A DNA stretch of 31,432 bases from Anaerolineaceae bacterium (lineage in GTDB: Bacteria > Chloroflexota > Anaerolineae > Anaerolineales > Villigracilaceae), in contig VFJR01000071.1 in NCBI GenBank assembly GCA_009885945.1, positions 1-31,432 on the forward strand, read 5' to 3'. Below the pieces are notes generated by a model, which worked only from the letters and a program-made list of their open reading frames with translations, was not told the origin of the DNA and did no database searches. Position numbers and translations under genes: made by a program. This document shows, in pieces, positions 7,666-16,900 of this stretch (the first letter of the stretch is position 1; every line of letters starts with the position of its first letter).

Positions 7666-8937
7666 ATGCTGAAAATTATTTTACACGCTCCAAACAATGT
7701 GCATCCGTTTTGTGAGCCGGCCCGCGATTTACGCATTCAAAACTCTCCCCTTTGGCTTCATCAGCGTAATGTACTCACTCCTTATGTGACTCGTGAAGTG
7801 GAAGTGAAGCCAGGGGTACCTTTTAATCCCACCCGTGAACCATCCATTGTATATCGTGACAATTTATTCTTTGATCAGGAATACATTGATGCCTTTATCA
7901 GTGAGGCAAAAAGAAAAAATCGTGCTGTTCGTGCGGCTTTTTCTGCAGATGACCCAGCTTTTCGGGAACATGCGCTTCCTCTTTCATCATCCTATACACC
8001 TGCTGGTAGTTTATATCTTGCTGATTTATGGTACTACCCAAATGGCCCTGTAGCAGATGTAGAACCTCTGGTGATAGATTTGCAATCCCGTGAAATTGGG
8101 TATTATCATGTGCCGACCTATATGGCTGAGCAAACAGGGGATCTGTTATTTCAGGTACCTCTTCGTTCTTTGATTGCAATTGACTCTTGGGTACATATCT
8201 TCGTTGCTGATATGATTTTTAGTCAATTTGGTCGAGGAGCGCGCTTTGAGAAGCAGCTGCATGAAGACCTGGCTTTTAAGTTAAAAATTATTGGTACTGC
8301 TATTTATGAGGGCAGGCAGGTCTTGGATTGTTCAGAATTAGTACAGATGGGCAAAAATTGCGTGATTGATCCTAGCGCTGTTATCCATGGACCTACGATC
8401 ATTGGAGACAATGTCAATATCGGCGCTGGAACTGTGATTGAGAACTCGATCATTGGCAATAATGTGAATATTTCACAGGGTTGCCAAATTATGCTTTCAG
8501 TTGTGGGGGATGGGGCTTTCCTACCATTTCGTGCCGCTTTGTTTATGACCACAGTGATGGACCATAGCATGGTGGCGCAAAATACATGTTTGCAGATGTG
8601 CGTGATTGGACGTAATACATTTATTGGCGCTGGTACAACCTTCACAGATTACAATATTATCCCCGCACCGCTTCGCGCACTTTCGGGAGATGGCTCTTTG
8701 CGCCCGTCCAATCGTCCGGTATTGGGCGGCTGCGTTGGTCATAATTGCCGCTTAGGCTCTGGCATGATTGTTTATCCGGCGCGCACCATTGAATCAGATG
8801 TAGTGCTGGCTGCATCGCAGGAACGACGTGTGATTAGCAAGGATATTCGTTTTGAAGATAGTGATCATCATCGCATGAAGCTTTCTCATTTGCATCAGAC
8901 CCCTTATCATAAAAAGAAAGAAGAAGAGTCCTGGTAA
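7666..8937 (+). CDS. Left-handed beta-helix (hexapeptide-repeat) protein with an N-terminal domain of uncertain identity, possibly a degenerate sugar-nucleotidyltransferase-like fold lacking the Gly-rich loop
   Basis: Hexapeptide repeats 'IGDNVNIGAGTVIENSIIGNNVNISQGCQIM' and 'IGRNTFIGAGTTF'. N-terminus 'LKIILHAPNNVHPFCEP...PLWLHQRNVL' only loosely resembles the NTP-transferase 'KAIILAGGxGTRL...PLL' and has no GxGTRL. No SD before the ATG; a TATAAT sits 9 nt upstream, so the transcript may be leaderless. Confidence 0.45.
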   Translation: MLKIILHAPNNVHPFCEPARDLRIQNSPLWLHQRNVLTPYVTREVEVKPGVPFNPTREPSIVYRDNLFFDQEYIDAFISEAKRKNRAVRAAFSADDPAFREHALPLSSSYTPAGSLYLADLWYYPNGPVADVEPLVIDLQSREIGYYHVPTYMAEQTGDLLFQVPLRSLIAIDSWVHIFVADMIFSQFGRGARFEKQLHEDLAFKLKIIGTAIYEGRQVLDCSELVQMGKNCVIDPSAVIHGPTIIGDNVNIGAGTVIENSIIGNNVNISQGCQIMLSVVGDGAFLPFRAALFMTTVMDHSMVAQNTCLQMCVIGRNTFIGAGTTFTDYNIIPAPLRALSGDGSLRPSNRPVLGGCVGHNCRLGSGMIVYPARTIESDVVLAASQERRVISKDIRFEDSDHHRMKLSHLHQTPYHKKKEEESW

Positions 8938-10023
8938 ATGGACAGTTTTGCGTTCATCATACATCCAGTTGACCCCAAGCGCGATGTAAGCAGGAAGTTT
9001 CCATTTTTGGGGCGTACGTTGAGTGAAAAACAGATTGATTTTTTCTCAACTTTTTTCCCACCCGTATATATTTCTGAGATTAACGGCATTACGTCGAAGG
9101 CGACTGGAAAAGAGATTAAAGGTTGGTTTATTGCATGTCCGTTTACGCCGCGCCGTATGATGGAGTTGCGCGAGCAGAGGGTATATCGTAAAATTATCCA
9201 AACTGGGCGCGTCGCTGAGAAATTAGGAGCAAACATCCTTGGCTTGGGAGCCTTCACCTCGGTTGTGGGGGATTCTGGCGTGACGATTGCAAATGCGCTG
9301 GATGTGCCTGTGACCACAGGCGATTCTTATACTGTAGCTCTTGCTGTGCAGGCAATTCGTGATGCGGCAAAGGTGATGGATATTAAGATGCAGGATGCCA
9401 CAGTAGCAGTCGTTGGCGCTACAGGTACAATTGGGCGCGTCTGTGCTGAGCTGTTGGCTGGCGAGGCGGCACGGGTTTTGCTTGTGGCCCGGGATGAGAA
9501 AAAGCTTGAAGTTTTACGTGACAGGCTCAAGCTCCATGCTCGAAGCGAATTGCAAATCAGCACGAGCATGGATGTATTATCTGAGGCTAAATTGATCCTC
9601 ACTGTGACGAGTGCAGTGCATGACGTTATCAAGCCTGAGCATTTATTGCCTGGAAGTGTTGTTTGTGATGTGGCTCGTCCTCGTGATGTTTCTGCAATGG
9701 TAGCGGCTGTGAGAGATGATATATTAGTGATTGATGGTGGCATGGTAGACGTACCAGGTCCCGTTGATTTCCACTTTAATTTTGGTTTTCCAGAAGGCAA
9801 GGCGTATGCCTGTATGGCTGAGACCATGGCGCTGGCTTTGGAAGGCAGATTTGAAGATTACACTGTGGGTAAGGATATTACACTTGCTCGTGTTCAGGAA
9901 ATTACGACCATTGCTGAAAAACATGGCTTTCGTTTGAGCGGATTTCGCTCATTTGAAAAAGAAGTAACGGAAGCACAAATTGAAACTGTGAAAAGGAATG
10001 CCCGCAAAATGCGGCGTGCATAA
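8938..10023 (+). CDS. Predicted NAD(P)-binding dehydrogenase (COG5322-like 'predicted amino-acid dehydrogenase' / shikimate-DH-like Rossmann fold)
   Basis: Rossmann motif 'VAVVGATGTIGRVCAELLA'. N-terminal 'FAFIIHPVDPKRD...FIACPFTPRRMME' is typical of COG5322 members as I recall them. The start ATG directly abuts the upstream stop (TAAATG), indicating translational coupling. Confidence 0.45.
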   Translation: MDSFAFIIHPVDPKRDVSRKFPFLGRTLSEKQIDFFSTFFPPVYISEINGITSKATGKEIKGWFIACPFTPRRMMELREQRVYRKIIQTGRVAEKLGANILGLGAFTSVVGDSGVTIANALDVPVTTGDSYTVALAVQAIRDAAKVMDIKMQDATVAVVGATGTIGRVCAELLAGEAARVLLVARDEKKLEVLRDRLKLHARSELQISTSMDVLSEAKLILTVTSAVHDVIKPEHLLPGSVVCDVARPRDVSAMVAAVRDDILVIDGGMVDVPGPVDFHFNFGFPEGKAYACMAETMALALEGRFEDYTVGKDITLARVQEITTIAEKHGFRLSGFRSFEKEVTEAQIETVKRNARKMRRA

Positions 10024-10034
10024 GGAGGCTCGTC

Positions 10035-10940
10035 ATGGCAAAAGCCCGATTGTTAGTTGTGGAAGACGATATTGATATTGCGAATATGCTTAAGATCTAC
10101 TTCTCTGGATTAGAATTTGATGTAGATGTAGCAAATCGCGGGATGGATGCTTTGGAAAAGACAAAGCATGTGATTCCTCATTTAATGGTGTTGGATATTA
10201 TGCTGCCTGATATTGACGGCTATGAAGTATGCCGTCAGTTGCGTATGAATACCCGCACTAGCCATATTCCTGTGATTTTTCTTACCCAAAAGGATGAACG
10301 CAGTGATAAGTTACAGGGTTTGGAATTAGGCGCTGATGACTATATTACAAAACCCTTTGATATTGAGGAATTAAAATTGCGCGTGACGGGTGCTATTCGC
10401 CGCGCTGAGCGTGAGAGTCTTACTGACCCGCGTTCTGGTTTACCTGCTGGGCGTTTGATTGAAGAGCAGCTGCGCCGCATTATTCGTGAGACAAATTGGG
10501 CAATGTTAGATTTGCGCTTAAATTACTTTGATGCGTTCAAAGATGTTTATGGCTTTGTCGCTGGTGATGATGTTTTACGTTTTGCTACTATGATATTAAG
10601 TGAAGTGGTAGATGAACTAGGCACGAACAAGGATTTTATTGGGCACCCAGGCGGTGATAATTTTGTAATCATTAGTACTCCTGAAGCTGCAATTACAATT
10701 CGCCAACGCCTTAAGGATCGCTTTGCGAATGAAGTGCAAACGCACTATAATTTTATCGACCGACAACAGGGATTTATCCAGGCTCCAAGAGCTGATGGGG
10801 GGGTAGATAAAGTTCCCTTTATGACCCTTTCAATTGGATTGGTATCACCGACTCAGCATTCTTTTGCTGATATTCGCGAAATTACTGAGTTAGCGGCAGA
10901 AGCCAGACGGCAGGATACACCTGCGGCTTCTATTGCCTGA
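10035..10940 (+). CDS. Response regulator: REC receiver plus GGDEF-like domain with degenerate active site GGDNF (predicted catalytically inactive diguanylate cyclase)
   Basis: REC: 'LLVVEDD', phospho-acceptor 'MVLDIMLP', 'YITKPF'. GGDEF-like: 'RSGLPAGRL', 'YGFVAGDDVLR', 'IGHPGGDNFVIIS' (GGDNF codons at 10650-10664). The I-site RxxD is replaced by TNKD. Strong SD TAAGGAGG 6 nt upstream. Confidence 0.8.
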   Translation: MAKARLLVVEDDIDIANMLKIYFSGLEFDVDVANRGMDALEKTKHVIPHLMVLDIMLPDIDGYEVCRQLRMNTRTSHIPVIFLTQKDERSDKLQGLELGADDYITKPFDIEELKLRVTGAIRRAERESLTDPRSGLPAGRLIEEQLRRIIRETNWAMLDLRLNYFDAFKDVYGFVAGDDVLRFATMILSEVVDELGTNKDFIGHPGGDNFVIISTPEAAITIRQRLKDRFANEVQTHYNFIDRQQGFIQAPRADGGVDKVPFMTLSIGLVSPTQHSFADIREITELAAEARRQDTPAASIA

Positions 10941-10957
10941 GAGGTAGTCTTCTTATC

Positions 10958-13900
10958 ATGTTAGCCGGGGTAGGCCTCGGAATTTGGCTTATTATCGCTG
11001 GACTGGCGCTTGTCTTGCTAGTCTGGTTAGTATTATGGTTGCTACCTGGGGAAAAAACTGCGAAAGTATCTGAAGCTCCAAGTTATTTGCCAGATACAGC
11101 AAATTCAATTGATGCGGTTTTGATCGTTGAACCAGGCGGGCGTGTTAATTATATGAATTCGCTCGCTCGTCACTGGTTCGATATGGCTGAAAATGATGAG
11201 CCGGATATTGAGCGTTTAACGCGCCGGGTACGTCCTGCGGATCAGTTTTTAGATGTTTGTGTTATGCCTGGTCAAAAACGTGTGACGATAGGCGGGAGGT
11301 TAATGGAAGTTACTTCTTATGAAGTACCCGGTACTTCTCCTTTAATTCTCGTAACTTTGCGTGCTATGGATTTGGGATCTGCATTAATTGGCGGGACATC
11401 GGATTCTTCTACATCTATTCTAAAGGTAGTAAAAGATTTTAGTCAGGCTGTTTCTTTGAGCCTTAGCTTGATGCATACCCTTCAAGCCGTCCTGGAAAAT
11501 ATTAGCCGTTTAACTTCGTCTGATATTCTTGAGCTTAAGTTGTGGGATACCCAGTCTGATTCGTTAATTCCTTATCGTTTTGACGATCCTAATTCACCAG
11601 CACGCGTTATTGTACGTGCTTCAGTAACTCAATTCGGAGAATTTACAAGCCAGTTACTTACTACTCGTCAGCCGGTTTTTATTGCCAGCACCGAAGCGCG
11701 CTCAAACACTGCTCCGCGCAATGCAGAAATTAAATCCATTCATTCTTATTTAGGAATCCCATTAATTGTTGGCGATAAATTGGTTGGAACATTGGAAGCA
11801 GGGCAGACGAGCGGTGGTTCATTTGGTCAGCATGACCTTGACCTTTTGTTATTGGTTTCAGGACAAGCAGCATCTGCTCTTCGAAATGCCGGACGATATG
11901 AAGAAGAGGAAAAACGCTCACTAGAATTATCCGGTTTGGCAAACCTTACTCAGGCTTTTAGTTCTATTCAAGACGTGCGGGACCTTTTTGCTAGTCTTAT
12001 CGAGAGTATTTCTCTGCTCTTCAACACAGATATTATTGGTTTCCTCCTCTTTGACGAGGACAAGAGTACTTTAGAAGGCCAAATCCCTTTTCGAGGCATT
12101 CCTGCTCATATTGTAGAAATTTTCCGCTCATCCATTCCGTCTGGCAGCAGTGCAGAGCAGGTTTTAAACAGCCGCAATTCTATCTATACCTTGGATGCAT
12201 CCAAAGACGAATCATGGCGTTTGCTTGGGTTTACCAACATTGCCATTGCTGCTAGTTTGCGGGATTGCGCCTTGATTCCTTTGGTATCTTCGAGCCGTGT
12301 TGTAGGTTATTTTCTTCTCGCACATCATCGTGGTGGTACTTCTGCTTTTACAAAAGACGAATCTCGTTTAATTGATATTGTTGCCGATCAAGTTGCGGCA
12401 ATTGTTGATAATGCCTTGCTTGTACAACATGCTCGCATTAGAAGTCAGCGATCTGATTCCTTGCGGCGTATTGCTAGTCTTTCAGCTTCTTCCGCTACAT
12501 TGAATGAAGTTCTGACATTTTCTATTCAAGAACTTGCCAACCTTTTTCAGGCAGAAGCTGGCGCTGTTTTTCTACTAAACAGTAAATCTGGCGAACTAAC
12601 GCTGGAGAAAAATTCAGCTTTTGGCGTTGATGAAAATACTAAGGAAGCTTTCAAAGTAATTTATATAGATCAGCCTCAATACCGCCAGACCGTTTCTGGC
12701 AGTCAAAGATCGTTTGTTTCCGGTAGGTTAAGCACAGATCGACGTGTTAGCCCTCCGTACCAGCAGTTAGCCGGCGTTTTGCATATGGAATCGGTGCTTT
12801 TGGTGCCTCTTGTTGCGCGTGATAAAAGTATTGGCGAATTAATGTTGGGAAATCGCCGCTCCGATTATTTCACAACCTACGATCTGCAAATTGTATCTAC
12901 TGCCGCTGGTTTGCTTGCGACAGCTATAGAAAATTCAAACTTATTGAAGCAAACAGATGATTCTTTGCGTCAAAAGGTTGATCAATTATCGTCTGCATCT
13001 GTTACTGCAAGGGAAATCAGCGCCTCGCTTGAATATGATCATCTGTTACAGATTATTTATGAAGAAGCTTTAAAGATTTCACATGCTACCTGCGGATCAG
13101 TCATCTTTTTTAAATTTAATGAGAATGATGAAATTCCTCATATAACACATTCCATAGGCTGTTTTAACTCCAAAGTTGTTACTCCTTTCGAACTTGCAGC
13201 AATCAAGCGCGGTTCTGCAATTGAAATGCCAGACTTCTTTAGCCAAATAGATTATTCCGCCCCCCACGAAAGTGTTCACTCTGCATTACTGGTTCCAATT
13301 GTTCACCATGGGAAAACGACTGGTTTAATACAGTTACATAGTAGCCAGGCTGCTTTTTTCAAATCGATGATTTCTGAATCTGTTCAATCGCTTGCTTTGC
13401 AAAGCGGCATCGCTCTCGAAAATGCGCGTCAATATAATGATGAGCGTTTGCACGTAGAAGTCTTGCGGCGCCGTGCCGAAACATTGGTTGACTTGTCTAA
13501 TGTAAGTTATTCTCTAAACCTTGAAGAACCACTTGAAGGCTCGCTGCTCTCTATTGCTCACGGCATTAGTAAAGCTACTTCTTTTCAGGTTGTCTTGATT
13601 AGTATATTTGAATCTGAAACAGGAATGTTGCGTCGTGTTACAGGTGTTGGCATTCCTCAGGATATTTTAAACGAATTACTTTCAAGAAAACAGCCCTATA
13701 GCAGTGTTCAATCCCTGCTACGCCCCGAATTTAAGATTGGGCGCACCTACTACATCCCAGCAGATCAAACACCAATAGTGCCTTCGGATGTGCACATGGT
13801 AACTTTACAATTAAGTAGTGATCAAAAAACATCGAATTCATGGTACTCAGAAGATTTTCTTCTTATTCCTCTTGAAGATGGACAAGGAAACCCCATTGGC

Positions 13901-16900
13901 TTAATCAGCCTTGATGATCCATCCAATGGTTTACGCCCGGATATGGCGACCATTTCTTCGCTCGAAGCGTTTGCAGCGCAAGCAACATTAGTGATCACTA
14001 ATGTTGCTCGAGCAAGCGATTTAAAAAATAAGGTAGATGCATTAACCGCAGGCCTGCAGCGTCAACAAAAACTATTAAGCGTTACGCAAAATGATGTTCC
14101 GATTTTGTTACGCAAGGATTTAGAACAAACTATTTCGGTACATAGCCTTGAGAGGCGTGCTCAGCGCGTCCGCGCAGGATTGCTTATTACGGAAAGTGTC
14201 AGCCGTCAACTGGATGCAAGTTCAGCGCTGATGGCGCTTGCCCGCGAAGTTCTTACCCAGTTAAACATGTCCGCGTCTATCGTAGCTGAAAGTGGGGCAG
14301 AGGGACCACGCCTTCTTCACATCCTAGGCAGTGTGCCCAAATCCACAAACGTAGACGCATTGTTTGGTCAACGCAATCCATTACGGAGTTGTTTGCAATC
14401 TGGTGAGCCTTTATTAGTAGCAACGCTTGAAGAAAATGAAGAATGGCGTGATGCGCCATTGTTAACATCTCTGCGCGCAAAAGCTTTTATTTGCCTTCCC
14501 GTCATGGTGGAAAATGTTCCAGTTGCTGCCATGCTTGCCGTCAGCCCTGAACCGCTCACTGCATTTACAGATGAAGACCGTCAAGTTTATTACCAAATTT
14601 CTCGTCAAACATCTGTTATTCTGCAGAATATTTCCCTGCTTAATGAAACTCGCAGACGTTTGCAAGAAGTGAATCTTCTGTTGGAGTTCAGTCAACATCT
14701 TAGCGGGTTAAGCCCGGAAGAAATTTTACGTTCTCTGCTTGACAGTGCCCGCCGTGTATTACATTCTGCTCACGCTGGGAATGTTCTTTTATGGGATTTT
14801 CAATCTGATCTTCTTGTTTCACGCGCTGTTTCTGGATATGCAGATAATGAAAGTTTGACTCGAATTACGTACCGTTCTGGTGAAGCTTTGCCAGGTTCTG
14901 TATATGCATCTCGCAAACCACGCAAAGTGGATGAAATTAATTTTTCCAGAGATTACAATATTTCTTCAGAGAATTTACTTCTCTATCGTCAGGCAACCGG
15001 CGGGCGCATTCCCGTATCCAGTTTGCTCGTTCCTATTATTTCTGGCGATCGAAATCTTGGTTTATTAGTTCTGGATAATTTTAATGCTACAGGCGCATTT
15101 AAGGTAGAAGATGAAACTTTACTTCTTTCTTTGACACAGCAGGTTGCGCTATCGCTCGAAAACGTTCGATTAGTACTGGCAACCCAAGAACGCGCAGGTC
15201 AATTGCAGGCATTAAACGATGTTGCCGCCTCACTTACTTCAAATTTACGTAATGATCAATTGGTTAAATCATTGCTAGATCAGCTTGCTCCGGTAATTCC
15301 ATTTGATACCGCTACATTATTGGTTCGCGAAAAAGACCGCCTTAAGGTAATGGATGTGCGCGGGTTTGAAGATAATGATCAACGCCTAGGCCTCAGTTTG
15401 GCAGTGGCGGATAGCGCTATTTTTAACGAAATGAGTCGCAAGGGACAGCCTGTTGTAGTGAGCGATGTGCGTGAGGACCCACGTTTTCCGCGGGTAGATG
15501 CTCCTCGTCTGTCATGGCTTGGCATTCCTATGATTTCAAAAGGCGAATTAGTAGGTGTGATTACGCTGGAAAAGGCGCAGGTACGTTTCTATAATAAAGA
15601 ACAGGCGCAAGTCGCTGCAACATTTGCTAGTCAGGCTGCTGTAGCGTTGGAAAATGCCACTCTTTATGAAGACAGTTTAAGTCGCGCAGCAGAACTTGAC
15701 CAACGTTCCCAGCGTTTAATGGTATTGAATCGTTTCTCGGCTTCTCTTGGCGGTTTGTTGGATGTTGATCAGATACTACAATTAACTGCTCAGGAATTAT
15801 TACAGGCTTTGACAAATGTCAAACGTATTTCAATAATTACGTTTGAAGGCGAAAAAGCAATTTGGAAATTGGCATCTCCTCGCACTAATATGAAACTGCC
15901 GCGACCCCTTCCTCATGCCCCAATTTTTGATCGTTTACGTAGTTCTATGGGACTTTTCACCTCAGATAATATTGCTAATGAACCTGATCTAATGCCTTTG
16001 AAAGATATGCTGGGCCAAGACAATGCTTCTCTAATGATTGTTCCTCTCGGGGTTGCATCCAAGTTAACCGGTTTGCTATTTGCTTACACACCAGGCCAAT
16101 ATCGCTTCACTTCCACTGAAGTGGACCTAGCCCGTACTATGGTCACGCAAGCTTCGATCACGTTAGAAAATGCCCGTTTATACGAATCAAGTGTTCGTAC
16201 GGCAGAACGATTCGCTGCATTAAACGAAACTAGCTCGCAGATCAGTGCAAACCTTAATGCTGAGGAAATTTATCAAGCTGTGCATAAAGCGGCAAAACGT
16301 GTTATGCCAGTAGAATCATTTGTGATCAGTTTGTTGGATGAAGATACAAATGAAATTATCGGTGCATATTTAATAGATCATGATCAGCGTTCTCCAGCTA
16401 CGCGTGTTCCTAGATCGCAAGGCCTTACCGGTAAAATTCTTGAGAGTGGCCAACCTTTGTTAATAAGCGGAGATGAAGTAAAAGCAGCTGGTGGAATTCA
16501 ATATGGGGATGCTCCCAAATCGCCATTATCTATTATTGCTGTGCCAATGACCTTGGGAGGAAAGACCTTGGGGATGCTTTCTGCACAGAGCTATGAACCA
16601 AATATATATACTGATGATGATGTGCAAATTCTGGGTACTCTTGCAAATCAGACTATTGTTGCACTTCAAAACAGCAAACTTTTAATAGAAACTCAAACAC
16701 TAGCCGCAGAGCAAGAACGCCGTGTGGTTGAACGTACTGCACAATTACAACATGAGCAACAAAATACAGAAACATTGTTGCGCATTCTCACAGAAGTATC
16801 TTCAAGTCTTGATCTTGACCGTGCTTTGAATCGCACGCTTTCCTTACTTAATGATGCCATCGGCGCTGAACAGGGCACAATTATGCTTCTGCACGCCGAA

